The notes beneath the pieces were generated by a model, which made no database searches, was not told the DNA's origin, and worked only from the letters and a program-made list of their open reading frames with translations. A stretch of 64,000 nucleotides of DNA from an uncultured bacterium (GTDB lineage Bacteria; Hydrothermota; Hydrothermia; UBA1063; CAJXJZ01). The position numbers and the translations under genes were made by a program. Within the stretch, counting starts at the first letter, position 1. The number at the start of each line of letters is the position of its first letter. This document shows, one piece after another, positions 29,025 through 39,100 of the stretch. The stretch is from contig CAJXJZ010000004.1 of assembly GCA_913055745.1 (NCBI GenBank), positions 8,957 through 72,956 of the forward strand. The letters are read 5' to 3'.

Positions 29025-29052
29025 ATTATACAGTGGTAAAATCGCAACGCAA
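29025..29052 (-). promoter_or_regulatory. Putative promoter of purA (near-leaderless)
   Basis: TTGCGT-16nt-TATAAT ending 9 nt before the ATG; no SD. Confidence 0.45.
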
Positions 29053-29078
29053 AACCCCCTCTCTCATACAAACAATGT

Positions 29079-29107
29079 TTGACCGACTTTTACTAAACTC
29101 TTAAAAT
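29079..29107 (+). promoter_or_regulatory. Sigma70-type promoter of the rplY operon
   Basis: TTGACC-17nt-TAAAAT; AGGAGG RBS before 29145. Confidence 0.65.
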
Positions 29108-29144
29108 ATTACAACTTAAAGAATTGAGAAGGAGGTAAGATTTT

Positions 29145-29768
29145 ATGGAATATGTCTTAACAGGTAAAAAAAGAGAAAAAAAGGGGAAGGAATACGCTAA
29201 AAAACTGCGTAAAGAAGGTTGGATTCCTGCTGTTATATATGGTAAGGGTGAGGAAAATCTTCATCTTATGATAAATGCCCACGATTTTGAAACCTTTTTT
29301 AGAGCATCTCAGGGTGAAAATGTTATTATTTCCCTTAAAGTGGAAGGAGCGGATGATAAAAGGGTTATAGTAAAGGAAATTCAACGAGACCCTGTATACG
29401 GCAAACTCCAGCATGTTGATTTTCAAATCATCCATAAAGGAGAAAAGATAGTAGCCAATGTACCTATAGTCCTTATAGGAACACCAAAGGGCGTAAAAGA
29501 AGGTGGGGTTCTTGAACATAATATCAAAGAGGTAGAGATAAGGGCAATACCATCCAAATTACCACCTCATATAGAACTCAATATAGAAAATCTTGGTATT
29601 GGTGAGATGATAAAGGTTGGTGATATAAAATTAGAGGGGATTGAGATACTTGAAGACCCTGAAGAGATCGTATGCGTGGTACTCCACAGAAGAAAGGAAG
29701 AAGAAAAGCCCGCTGCTGAAGAAGGAGAAACAGAAGAAGAACAGGAAGAAGGTGGCACGACCGAATAA
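29145..29768 (+). CDS. rplY: 50S ribosomal protein L25/Ctc
   Basis: 'LRKEGWIPAVIYG', 'Q.DPV...HVDF', 'GVKEGG.L', acidic tail. Confidence 0.95.
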   Translation: MEYVLTGKKREKKGKEYAKKLRKEGWIPAVIYGKGEENLHLMINAHDFETFFRASQGENVIISLKVEGADDKRVIVKEIQRDPVYGKLQHVDFQIIHKGEKIVANVPIVLIGTPKGVKEGGVLEHNIKEVEIRAIPSKLPPHIELNIENLGIGEMIKVGDIKLEGIEILEDPEEIVCVVLHRRKEEEKPAAEEGETEEEQEEGGTTE

Positions 29769-30339
29769 ATACCTTTTAGTGGGATTGGGAAACCCCTATC
29801 CCACTTATTTTCATACATACCATAATATCGGCTTTCTCTTTTTAGACTTTTTTGCCCAAAAGAACAAATTGAGATTTATTCCAGGAAAGGGAAGGTATTT
29901 CTTTTCACAAACCAATAATCTATATCTATTAAAACCCGCAACATATATGAACCTATCTGGTGAAGGCGTATTGGATTTTTTGGAGAAAGAGGCATACATT
30001 ATGCCAGAACATATTATTGTCATTCACGATGATATGGACATGCCTAAGTATTCTGTTAAATTAAAACTTGGAGGCTCAAGTGGTGGGCACAAAGGTATTG
30101 AATCTATAATATACCATCTTGAAACAGAAGAGTTTTGGAGACTTAAGATAGGCATCTCAAAACCATCTGATATGCCGCCAAAGGACTATGTCTTATCTGT
30201 TATACCAGAGGTAGAACAAAAGAGATATTTGCTACTTTTTGAAGATATGAGTTATATACTTCAGAATATAGGTGTGAAGGATATGCAAATTATTCAGCAG
30301 GAAATAAACACAATAAGGAAAAAATATGTTGTTCTTTAA
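29752..30339 (+). CDS. pth: Peptidyl-tRNA hydrolase
   Basis: 'VGLGNP', 'HNIG', 'KPATYMNLSG', 'HDDMD', 'GGHKG'; probable GTG start at 29752, follows rplY. Confidence 0.93.
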   Translation: MARPNKYLLVGLGNPYPTYFHTYHNIGFLFLDFFAQKNKLRFIPGKGRYFFSQTNNLYLLKPATYMNLSGEGVLDFLEKEAYIMPEHIIVIHDDMDMPKYSVKLKLGGSSGGHKGIESIIYHLETEEFWRLKIGISKPSDMPPKDYVLSVIPEVEQKRYLLLFEDMSYILQNIGVKDMQIIQQEINTIRKKYVVL

Positions 30340-30580
30340 GAGGGAAACAGAGACAAATACACAATTTATTGGTCCTGTATATGAAAACGAGTATAAAAAA
30401 CTTATAAAGAAAGACAAAATAAGGGCACTCTCATATCTGAGAAGAGCAGCACTTCTCCTTTTTCCATTGAAACCCGAACTCTGGGATACATACATAGCAC
30501 AAAAACGTGAGGTATTCCATAGTAGAAGGTCTAAAAAGAACATAATGATGGACTTGAGAAACGAGATGGAGGATCTATAA
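30326..30580 (+). CDS. Small hypothetical protein
   Basis: 84-aa ORF exactly filling the pth-pepP gap in operon orientation. Confidence 0.55.
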   Translation: MLFFKRETETNTQFIGPVYENEYKKLIKKDKIRALSYLRRAALLLFPLKPELWDTYIAQKREVFHSRRSKKNIMMDLRNEMEDL

Positions 30581-31648
30581 ATGTATAAAAAGAGAATAGA
30601 GAGCCTTCAAAGGCTAATGGAAGAGAGGAAATTAGATGCTTATTTTACAATGCATCCTGAGAATATATATTACCTCTCAGGGTATAGGGGAGATTCAGGG
30701 TACCTCCTTATAACACTACATGATGCTTATCTTTATACTTACCCTCTTTTCAGAATGGAAGCAGAAGAACAGACAACAGACGATGTAAAGGTCAAGATAA
30801 TAAAGGATGTATCTTTTACTGATATGCTCAAAGAGGATGTAAAAAGTATGTACAATGTTGGAATAGAAAAAAATCATGTTTTACTTTCTTTTTATTCTAC
30901 TATATCTTGTGCCCTCTCTGATAAGATAAAACCTGTTGAAAGTCTTGTAGAACAATTAAGGACCCAAAAGGACCAAAGGGAACTTGAGTTTATGAAAAAG
31001 GCACAGAGCATTACTGATGAGGTTTTTAAGCATGTATTGGGCCTAAAACTCACTGATATGACAGAACTTGAACTTGCAGGAGAGATGGAATTTTATATGA
31101 AAAAACAGGGGGCAGAAGGCTTCTCTTTTAGCACCATAGTGGCAACAGGTGAGCATTCTGCCATTCCACATGCCAGACCTCGTAATGTAAAAATAAAAAA
31201 TGGCACGAACCTTCTTCTGGATTTTGGTGTTTATTACAACGGTTATGCATCTGATATGACAAGAACCATATTTGTCGGAAAGGCAGATGAGGAGTTTAAA
31301 AAGGTTTATAACATTGTTTTAAAGGCACAAACAGAAGCAGAAAAGGGTGTAAAAGAGGGTAAAAAGGCAAAGGAGATTGACGGCATTGCCAGAAAAATCA
31401 TAGAAGATGAGGGATATGGAGAATACTTTATACATAGTCTTGGTCATGGGGTTGGAATAGATGTCCACGAATTTCCTGGCGTAAGTCCCAAACAAGAGGC
31501 TGAACTTTTGGAGAATATGGTTATAACCATTGAGCCTGGCATATACCTTAAAGGCAAATTCGGGGTCAGGATAGAAGATATGGGTATCGTTAAAAAAGAT
31601 GGCTTTTTGGTACTTCCTAAAAGCCCAAAGGAACTTATTGAAATTTAA
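30581..31648 (+). CDS. Xaa-Pro aminopeptidase (M24B)
   Basis: Creatinase N-domain, 'PHA', 'DFG..Y.GYASDMTRT', 'HSLGHGVG.DVHE', 'TIEPGIY', 'GVRIED'. Confidence 0.95.
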   Translation: MYKKRIESLQRLMEERKLDAYFTMHPENIYYLSGYRGDSGYLLITLHDAYLYTYPLFRMEAEEQTTDDVKVKIIKDVSFTDMLKEDVKSMYNVGIEKNHVLLSFYSTISCALSDKIKPVESLVEQLRTQKDQRELEFMKKAQSITDEVFKHVLGLKLTDMTELELAGEMEFYMKKQGAEGFSFSTIVATGEHSAIPHARPRNVKIKNGTNLLLDFGVYYNGYASDMTRTIFVGKADEEFKKVYNIVLKAQTEAEKGVKEGKKAKEIDGIARKIIEDEGYGEYFIHSLGHGVGIDVHEFPGVSPKQEAELLENMVITIEPGIYLKGKFGVRIEDMGIVKKDGFLVLPKSPKELIEI

Positions 31649-31660
31649 AGGAGGTGTATT

Positions 31661-32212
31661 ATGCCTGATGTAAGAAAAGGGATGGCAATACGTTATAATG
31701 GTGAAATATACTTTATTGTAGATTTCTCGCATACACACATGGGAAGGGGTGGAGCGACCCTCAGGCTAAAACTAAAAAATGCTACAACAGGCCTTACAAA
31801 GGATGTGAGTTTTAAGGATGATTCTGAAATAGAAGAGGTACACATAGAGAAGAGGCCTGCAACCTTCTCATATATTGAAGGTGAAAACTATCACTTCTTA
31901 GACTCAGAAACCTATGAAGATATTCTCTTTAAAAAGAACCAGATAGAGGATATCTTAGGTTATATTAAAGAGGGTATGGAGGTAATGATTATCTATGCCG
32001 AGGGTATACCAATAAATGTTGAACCTCCAACATTTGTCGTACTTGAAGTGGTTGAAACAGACCCTGGCATCAAGGGAGATACCGCATCAGGTGGGTCAAA
32101 ACCAGCAAAATTGGAAACAGGAAAGGTTATTCAGGTTCCTTTGTTTGTGCAGATAGGAGACAAAATCAAGATTGATACAAGGTCGGACAAGTATATTGAA
32201 AGGGTAAAATGA
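31661..32212 (+). CDS. efp: Elongation factor P (Arg at the loop tip)
   Basis: '[34 protein letters not shown]...Y.ER'; loop 'HMGRGGA'. Confidence 0.97.
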   Translation: MPDVRKGMAIRYNGEIYFIVDFSHTHMGRGGATLRLKLKNATTGLTKDVSFKDDSEIEEVHIEKRPATFSYIEGENYHFLDSETYEDILFKKNQIEDILGYIKEGMEVMIIYAEGIPINVEPPTFVVLEVVETDPGIKGDTASGGSKPAKLETGKVIQVPLFVQIGDKIKIDTRSDKYIERVK

Positions 32213-32213
32213 T

Positions 32214-32684
32214 ATGAATCTTAAAAAGATAAGAGAACTTGTTAAAATTGGAAAAGACAATGGGGTGGATGAAATAGAATACAGAACCCTGTTTTCCCGC
32301 ATAAGAATAGTGTTTAAACATGCCCCTCTGACCATTGACAGACATAAATATATAGCAACTTCGCCTATATCAGAAGAGAATAGCACACCTGCGGCTAAAC
32401 CACAGGAAAGTGATACAAAGACATCTGACACACAGAAAAAATACCATGAAATACGTTCTCCCATCGTTGGAACATTTTATAGAGCGCCATCACCTGGTGC
32501 GCCTCCGTTTGTAAAAAAAGGAGATAGGGTAAAAAAAGGTCAAGTTCTCTGCATAGTAGAAGCGATGAAGGTTATGAACGAAATAGAGTCGGATACCGAT
32601 GGCACAATAGTAGATATACTCGTTGAAAATGGGGAACCTGTGGAATACAACCAGGTATTGTTCAAAATAGACACATCTTCATAA
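32214..32684 (+). CDS. accB: Acetyl-CoA carboxylase biotin carboxyl carrier protein
   Basis: '[13 protein letters not shown]', 'EAMKVMNEI'. Confidence 0.96.
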   Translation: MNLKKIRELVKIGKDNGVDEIEYRTLFSRIRIVFKHAPLTIDRHKYIATSPISEENSTPAAKPQESDTKTSDTQKKYHEIRSPIVGTFYRAPSPGAPPFVKKGDRVKKGQVLCIVEAMKVMNEIESDTDGTIVDILVENGEPVEYNQVLFKIDTSS

Positions 32685-32687
32685 GTT

Positions 32688-33647
32688 GTGAACATAACCA
32701 CAGGCAAACTCCTTGAGGGTTTGCCTTTTTATGTCCACCCACTTTTTCTATCTCTTTTAGAAACAAATTATGAAACCTATCTCGTAGGTGGCATACCAAG
32801 GGATATCTTATTAAATAGAAAACCGTTGGATATAGATTTAGCAGTTAGAGTAAACCTCCATCCTATAGAAAAACTTATAGAATCAATTTACAAAATACAT
32901 AAAAAGACAGAGACTCCATTCCTTACAGTAAACTATATTTTAGAGAATAACGGGATAATAAACATCGCCCACCTTAGAAAGGAGAGATATCTTAGTCCTG
33001 CACAACTCCCCATCACAGAGGCTACATACAGCATTGAAGAAGATGCAAAAAGGCGTGATTTTACTATCAATAGTATCTATATTGACATACATAAAAGAAG
33101 GTTTATTGATCCGCTAAATGGCATACAAGACCTTAAAAAAAGGTTGCTACGCATCACATATAAGGGAAGTTTTAGAGATGACCCCACAAGGATTTTCAGA
33201 GGCATAAGATACAAAACAAGGCTGAATCTTACTTATACAGAAGATACTTTAAGGGAGATAAAAACAGGAAAAGGATACATAAAACTACTCACAAAACAGA
33301 GGATAATCAATGAACTTAAAAAAATAGCCGAAGAGCGCAAAAGGCTCAAGATGATAGAAGAACTTTCAAGATTCTCCATTCTCAATATGAATATAGAAAA
33401 CCAAATCACAAGAACACTTAGAAGATTGGACCGTGTACTTCCATACATTAAAACATCCTGGGTCTTTTTATTCTATCCTTTTTTCAAAGATGAAATGCTC
33501 AATTTTCCTCTTACTCGCAAGGAAAAACAGGCAATTTATTTAATAATGGATAGACCCATGAAAAAATCTGCCATAAAAGGACTTAAAATGCAGTATCCAT
33601 TTATAGAAGATTATTTGCAGGTGCTAAAAGATGGGCGTAAAATTTAA
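32688..33647 (+). CDS. Class II tRNA nucleotidyltransferase (CCA- or A-adding)
   Basis: 'LVGGIPRD', 'DIDL', 'RRDFTINS', 'DDPTRIFR'. Confidence 0.85.
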   Translation: MNITTGKLLEGLPFYVHPLFLSLLETNYETYLVGGIPRDILLNRKPLDIDLAVRVNLHPIEKLIESIYKIHKKTETPFLTVNYILENNGIINIAHLRKERYLSPAQLPITEATYSIEEDAKRRDFTINSIYIDIHKRRFIDPLNGIQDLKKRLLRITYKGSFRDDPTRIFRGIRYKTRLNLTYTEDTLREIKTGKGYIKLLTKQRIINELKKIAEERKRLKMIEELSRFSILNMNIENQITRTLRRLDRVLPYIKTSWVFLFYPFFKDEMLNFPLTRKEKQAIYLIMDRPMKKSAIKGLKMQYPFIEDYLQVLKDGRKI

Positions 33648-33650
33648 AAG

Positions 33651-34820
33651 ATGAAAAGGGTTAAAGTCAAGGGACCTATATCAAGGTATGCAAGGCATCC
33701 GTGGGTATTCTCAGGAAATATCTTTGATGCTGATGGAGATAGGGGTGATAATGTTGAGGTTTATACACGCAAGGGAGAGTTTCTTGGAAGTGCGCTTTAC
33801 AACCCCTCATCTTCCATTACCCTCAGGTTCTATTCTCGTAAAAAAGAGCCACTCGGATACGATGAGATTAAAGATCGCATCTTTATAGCAAGGGAAAAAC
33901 GATTGAAAATGTTTGGAGAGGAACAAGAGGCCTACAGAATGGTATATGGAGAAAGCGATAACCTCCCGGGTCTTGTGATTGATAAATATAAATCTGGTTT
34001 TGTTGTACAGTTTTCTTCCTTTGGGATGTACAAGCGGAAAAAACTTGTCCAAAATGCATTATTTGACCTATTTAATCCTGAATTTATCTATGAAAAGTCT
34101 AACACACATGCAGCAAGAGCAGAAGGTATACCCACCGAACAATCCCTGCTCTTAGGTGAAATACCAGAGGAACTTGTGGTTAAGATAAATGACCTCTTTT
34201 TTAAGGTTGATATTGAAAATGGGCAGAAAACAGGACTATACCTTGATCAGAAGAAAAACTGGAAAATACTGGAAAAATATGCGAATGAAAAGGATATATT
34301 AGAACTTTTCTCCTATCAAGGTGGCTTTACTATGCATCTTTTAAGGGGAAGGGCAAAGAGGGTGTATGTTGTAGATATAGGAGAATATGCCATAGATATT
34401 TTAAAAGAAAACCTAAAACTCAATGGATTTAAAGATAAACGCATAGTGCCCTTCCATGAAGATGTCTTCAGATTCCTTGATGAGTTCTCCTCCTCTCAGA
34501 TAAAGTTTGATTTAATAATCATAGACCCACCATCTTTTGCAAGGTCTTCAAAAACTAAAGAAAATGGGCTTAGAGCCTATTACAACCTTATAGATATGTC
34601 ACTTAAATACCTAAGGCCAGGTGGGATGATGGCAATATTTTCTTGCTCAACCTACATAAAAAGAAACGACCTTTTAAATGTAATACAAACAGTGTTTAAC
34701 GCAAATTTAAGGGTATTCAGGGTGATAGAAGAGTTTACGCAGGATGATGATCACCCCTACCTTATTTCATTTCCTGAAAGTAGGTATTTAAATGGTTTTT
34801 TAATGGAGGAATGGCTATGA
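33651..34820 (+). CDS. rlmI: RlmI/RlmK-family rRNA methyltransferase
   Basis: PUA 'HPWVFS', 'GESDNLPGLVID', 'GQKTG.YLDQ', 'IIDPPSF', 'FSCS'. Confidence 0.88.
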   Translation: MKRVKVKGPISRYARHPWVFSGNIFDADGDRGDNVEVYTRKGEFLGSALYNPSSSITLRFYSRKKEPLGYDEIKDRIFIAREKRLKMFGEEQEAYRMVYGESDNLPGLVIDKYKSGFVVQFSSFGMYKRKKLVQNALFDLFNPEFIYEKSNTHAARAEGIPTEQSLLLGEIPEELVVKINDLFFKVDIENGQKTGLYLDQKKNWKILEKYANEKDILELFSYQGGFTMHLLRGRAKRVYVVDIGEYAIDILKENLKLNGFKDKRIVPFHEDVFRFLDEFSSSQIKFDLIIIDPPSFARSSKTKENGLRAYYNLIDMSLKYLRPGGMMAIFSCSTYIKRNDLLNVIQTVFNANLRVFRVIEEFTQDDDHPYLISFPESRYLNGFLMEEWL

Positions 34821-35734
34821 GAAAAATCATGCTTGTATTCCCAGGCCAAGGCTCTCAATATGTAGGTATGATGAAGGATATTCTAAGTGAGAGTTATGAA
34901 GCTCTCGAAATTGTAAAAGAGGCAGAAGAGATTACCGGAAAACCTTTAAGATACATTATGGAAAATGGACCAAAAGAAAAATTAAATGACACAAGATTCA
35001 CTCAACTTGCCATTTTTATACACTCTTATGTGGTATTCAAACTGGTAAGCGAGCAATATCATATAAACTTCCACGCAGTAGCAGGTCATAGCCTTGGAGA
35101 ACTTACTGCTCTATGTGCTGTGGATGTCTATGACTTTAAAACAGGTATTTTTATTGTCAACAAGAGGGCTGAACTTATGTCCATGGCCAAAAATGGAGGG
35201 ATGACAGCAGTTATTGGACTTGAAAAGGAACAAATAAACGAGGTACTTAAAGACTACATGGGGGAATTGGTCATTGCAAATTATAACGAACCAAAACAGA
35301 TAGTTATTTCTGGAAGTTTGTGGGCACTTGAAAAGGCAGAGAAAAAACTTAAAGAAAAAGGCGCAAGAAAGGTTATAAGACTCAATGTCTCAGGTGCATT
35401 CCATTCTAAATTCATGTTTGATGCTCAAAGAGAATTTGCAGAGTTTTTGAAAAACTTTCATTTCAACGACCCGCATGTCCCTGTTATACCAAATATTGAG
35501 GCAAAAGGAGTATATTTTGGTGAGAGACTGAAAGAAGATCTTATAAAACAACTAACAGGTCCTGTAAAATGGGTAGATACTATAAATTACGCAGCAAGCA
35601 CCATGCATATAGATACATTTATAGAAATGGGGCCTAAAAGGGTTCTATCAGGGCTTATCAAGAGGATAAGAAGGGATGTGAATGTGCTCAATGTGGATAC
35701 ATGGGAAGACATTGAAAGCCTAAAACTTCCATGA
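34811..35734 (+). CDS. fabD: Malonyl-CoA:ACP transacylase
   Basis: 'FPGQGSQ', 'GHSLGE', 'ANYN...Q.VISG', 'VSGAFHS'. Confidence 0.96.
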   Translation: MAMRKIMLVFPGQGSQYVGMMKDILSESYEALEIVKEAEEITGKPLRYIMENGPKEKLNDTRFTQLAIFIHSYVVFKLVSEQYHINFHAVAGHSLGELTALCAVDVYDFKTGIFIVNKRAELMSMAKNGGMTAVIGLEKEQINEVLKDYMGELVIANYNEPKQIVISGSLWALEKAEKKLKEKGARKVIRLNVSGAFHSKFMFDAQREFAEFLKNFHFNDPHVPVIPNIEAKGVYFGERLKEDLIKQLTGPVKWVDTINYAASTMHIDTFIEMGPKRVLSGLIKRIRRDVNVLNVDTWEDIESLKLP

Positions 35735-36261
35735 AGGTATTAAAACACGAGGTTTTGTACAGGGGTAAAATATTTGACCTTATAAGGGATACCTTAGAAC
35801 ATGAAGGTCATATATTCACAAGGGAGTATGTAAACTACAAGGCATCTGTATGCATTATTCCTTTTGATGGCGAAAATGTCTATTTTGTCAAACAATACAG
35901 GCATCCTACAGGCAAAGAATTACTTGAACTCCCGGCAGGTAAATTGGAAGAAAAAGAAGACCCAAAGGAGTGTGCTCAAAGAGAACTTCAAGAAGAGGTG
36001 GGTTTTATTCCACAGAAACTCACTCTCCTTTCTAAGTTTTATACAGTAGCAGGATATTCAAAGGAACTTATGTACCTTTATCTTGCAGAAGACCTCAAAG
36101 CATCAAAACTACCAGAAGACAAAGATGAATTTCTGACCCCTATAAAAATGCACATCAATGATGCTCTTTCTCTATTAAAAGAGGGCAAAATAGAGGATGC
36201 TAAAACCATTATTGGTCTTTTTTATCTATTCACATTCAGGCTATCTATCAGACTCACTTGA
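35731..36261 (+). CDS. NUDIX hydrolase (ADP-ribose pyrophosphatase-like)
   Basis: 'QYRHP...LELPAGKLE...AQRELQEEVG', 'DAKT'. Confidence 0.92.
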   Translation: MKVLKHEVLYRGKIFDLIRDTLEHEGHIFTREYVNYKASVCIIPFDGENVYFVKQYRHPTGKELLELPAGKLEEKEDPKECAQRELQEEVGFIPQKLTLLSKFYTVAGYSKELMYLYLAEDLKASKLPEDKDEFLTPIKMHINDALSLLKEGKIEDAKTIIGLFYLFTFRLSIRLT

Positions 36262-37489
36262 CCTTGAATTTTCCAAAATCGGGTATATCAACCCCAATAC
36301 CGCTACATCCTGGGAACTTGGAAGGATTCCATTTCTTTCTGTGCAAGAGATTTCTATGATTTTAACCATGCGAAAGGAAAAGCCCTTTACCTCAACAGAT
36401 GACCTTGCGAGAAGGATTGGGCTTTTGCCTTTTGAAGCGGACTTTTTAAGGGATGTCTTATACTTTGGTAAAAAATACAACTTGTGGTTTTACATATCCT
36501 ATGATACAACCTTACACTATATAACAAACTACCTTTTTGATGGCAAGCCCATCTTTTCCATATGGGAACATCATAAAAAAACATACTTTATGAACGCTGT
36601 TAGAACCAGATATATAACCCTGATGCAGGGATATATTTCGCCCATCTTCAAAGGTGCGCTCCTTGACAATAACTACTATGTTCCAAGAAGAGACGGTATA
36701 AAAAGGGATACATCTTATAACTTCCTCCTTATATCAAGATACCTTACCTTCTTATATGCCCCAAAATACATGTACTTAAGGTCAACATTCAAAGGTATGG
36801 TGTTAGAGACTGTTTCAGACAGTACAAAAAGGCATATAAATGGTGTTTTATACGGTATTGAGAGAAGGCCTTTGTCTTTAAAGATTGGCATAAAGGATAA
36901 ATATCCTGTTTTTTATACATCTTTGGAGCATACCTCTTCCTATGCAAGAACTTTTTATGATATTTACTCTAAATACACTGACCACAGGATTTATGGGGCA
37001 CACCTTTTTATGAGAACCAAAATCTTTAAAAACTTAAGTCTTAAAACATACGGTTCATACAGACATTCATACTCCTCTTCTTTGCGTTTTTCCCTTATAT
37101 CACAGTACAAATTTCCCAGGTATCATACATATCTTAACCTTGGTATTAAGAAACTCTACACAAGTTGCGCCAGGGTCTATCTGAGCATGGGTATGTGGGG
37201 TAAAAATTATATGTATTTTTCCATTGCAAAGGATATTGGAACACGTTCCTATATGTTGAGATATGCAATAGGATTATACAATCTTTCCTTGGAATATATG
37301 CTCTCATCCAACGATGCAGACTACATATTCCTTGATGAAACTGAGGGTACATATTTCATGGGCAGGACAAAGGAAAAACTCCGCCTACGATATCGCGTGC
37401 GGCTCAAAAACTATACTGTTAAGATAGAATATGAAAAAGGGGAAAAGGACTACTTGAGGGTATGCGCACAGGGGAGGATATATCATTGA
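36197..37489 (+). CDS. Exported protein: ComEA-like helix-hairpin-helix domain plus aromatic-rich putative beta-barrel
   Basis: 'INPNTATSWELGRIPFLS....I...R...PFTSTDDL'; Tyr-rich alternating C-terminal region. Confidence 0.6.
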   Translation: MLKPLLVFFIYSHSGYLSDSLDLEFSKIGYINPNTATSWELGRIPFLSVQEISMILTMRKEKPFTSTDDLARRIGLLPFEADFLRDVLYFGKKYNLWFYISYDTTLHYITNYLFDGKPIFSIWEHHKKTYFMNAVRTRYITLMQGYISPIFKGALLDNNYYVPRRDGIKRDTSYNFLLISRYLTFLYAPKYMYLRSTFKGMVLETVSDSTKRHINGVLYGIERRPLSLKIGIKDKYPVFYTSLEHTSSYARTFYDIYSKYTDHRIYGAHLFMRTKIFKNLSLKTYGSYRHSYSSSLRFSLISQYKFPRYHTYLNLGIKKLYTSCARVYLSMGMWGKNYMYFSIAKDIGTRSYMLRYAIGLYNLSLEYMLSSNDADYIFLDETEGTYFMGRTKEKLRLRYRVRLKNYTVKIEYEKGEKDYLRVCAQGRIYH

Positions 37490-38214
37490 AACTCCTAAAA
37501 ACCCTCTTTATTCCAATAAGAGCAATTCCATTTATGGAATCATCTATCATCTTTCAAGGCATATCAGAAAAAATAGGACCTGTGTCTTTACTTGTCAAGG
37601 GATACAAAAGACCCTCTTCCAAACTTAGGGGCGAGATAGATATTTTAAGTGTCTCCCATGTATTATTTTATCCAAAGAGCACAAGAGAAGTGCATACTGT
37701 AAGAGAGGCCAAGATGATAGAAAACTACCCCAACATCTACAAAAACTATAACACATTACAAGAATGCCTGAAAATCGGTAAAATCTTACTACATACTACA
37801 CCGAGAGTAAGTGCCTCCTCTTTCTTTCAACTATATAGAGGCCTTCTTAAAGAAGTAAACCGTATAGATGGGGTATGCAAAAGATCCCTTTATTTTGGTA
37901 TGCTTGTTAAACTCTTACATTTACATGGAGTTTTCCCTAAATTAGACGAATGTGTAAGATGCAAAAGCAAAAAGGTAGCATACATAAGTTTAAAAGCGAG
38001 AGGACCACTATGCCCTAAGTGCGCAAAGGCCTATGATGATACCCTGCCCTACACTCCCAAAATGGCACAGGAACTCTTTTTCTTACTTTCAAGGGATTTT
38101 TCCGAAATATCTCGCTTTAAACCAAGTAGCAATACAGAAGATTTAATCAGACAAATGACAGAAATACACATAACCATGGATGATGAGAATGAAGTGGAAA
38201 AAGGTAGTTTTTGA
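37486..38214 (+). CDS. recO: DNA repair protein RecO
   Basis: OB-fold N-terminus 'G.VSLLVKG..RP.SK', Zn finger 'CVRC...CPKC'; probable TTG start overlapping the previous stop, with GGAGG RBS. Confidence 0.8.
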   Translation: MKLLKTLFIPIRAIPFMESSIIFQGISEKIGPVSLLVKGYKRPSSKLRGEIDILSVSHVLFYPKSTREVHTVREAKMIENYPNIYKNYNTLQECLKIGKILLHTTPRVSASSFFQLYRGLLKEVNRIDGVCKRSLYFGMLVKLLHLHGVFPKLDECVRCKSKKVAYISLKARGPLCPKCAKAYDDTLPYTPKMAQELFFLLSRDFSEISRFKPSSNTEDLIRQMTEIHITMDDENEVEKGSF

Positions 38215-39100
38215 GATAGGTAAAATCGCTCTAACTATCATTTTATTATATCTTCTTTTAAGAAAACTTAATTTTGCAGAACTTAAACATACCTTCCTCC
38301 ATGTCAGGATACCATTTTTCATAATAGGCGCACTAATGTACCTTTTCGGCATTTTCATATCAAGTTTTAGATGGAACCTATTTTTAAAACACCTTGGGTT
38401 TAAATACAAAACATCAACGCTCTTTTCCTTTTATCTTAGGTCCCTTTTTCTTGCGAACTTCCTCCCCTCAGGTGGGTTAGATGTTGCACGAGTGGTATTT
38501 TTAGGCAAGGATAAAATAAAAGAAAAAATCTCATCAACCTTTATGGACAGGGTATTTGGTTTCTTAGCCATAAATATCTATGTGTTCCTGGGGCTTTTAT
38601 ACAGTTTAAAAGATACAGGAAGGTATGCATCCTTGATAGTAATTCTTCTTTTCTTACAGATTGCATTCTTTTTTGTGCTCTTTTGTAAAAAAACCGCATT
38701 TTTATTTAAGTTTTTAACACATCTTCCCATGGGAGACAAACTATACAACATATATGAGATACTACACTCTTTTAGAAAAAAAACTATCATCATAAAGGCT
38801 ATTTTATATTCATTTTTAATACAACTTTCTTATTCCATGGATGTATATTTTATTGTGCTTTCAGTAAGGAAGAACATAGGGCTTATAAGAAGCGCACTGT
38901 TTGTACCTTTTATAAACTTTATAATAATGATACCCGTAACCATATCAGGGTTTGGTATAAGAGAGGGAGGCTTTGTTTTTCTCTTTAAGAACTATATAGG
39001 GAAGGAAGCAGCAATAGCCTCATCCCTTTTATACTATTTCTCTGTCTTTATAGTGAGTATAATAGGAGGCTTGCTTTTATTGAGATTTAAAACTAAATGA
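38180..39100 (+). CDS. Lysylphosphatidylglycerol synthase TM-domain / flippase-like membrane protein (UPF0104)
   Basis: 'RW...L', 'NFLPSGG.D', 'DRVFG', 'IPVTISGFGIREG'. Confidence 0.85.
   Translation: MMRMKWKKVVFEIGKIALTIILLYLLLRKLNFAELKHTFLHVRIPFFIIGALMYLFGIFISSFRWNLFLKHLGFKYKTSTLFSFYLRSLFLANFLPSGGLDVARVVFLGKDKIKEKISSTFMDRVFGFLAINIYVFLGLLYSLKDTGRYASLIVILLFLQIAFFFVLFCKKTAFLFKFLTHLPMGDKLYNIYEILHSFRKKTIIIKAILYSFLIQLSYSMDVYFIVLSVRKNIGLIRSALFVPFINFIIMIPVTISGFGIREGGFVFLFKNYIGKEAAIASSLLYYFSVFIVSIIGGLLLLRFKTK

Noticed and set aside
29641-29751. Lys-rich N-terminal extension of Pth
   Set aside because: It is the alternate-frame reading of the Glu-rich rplY tail; GTG 29752 is the more plausible start.
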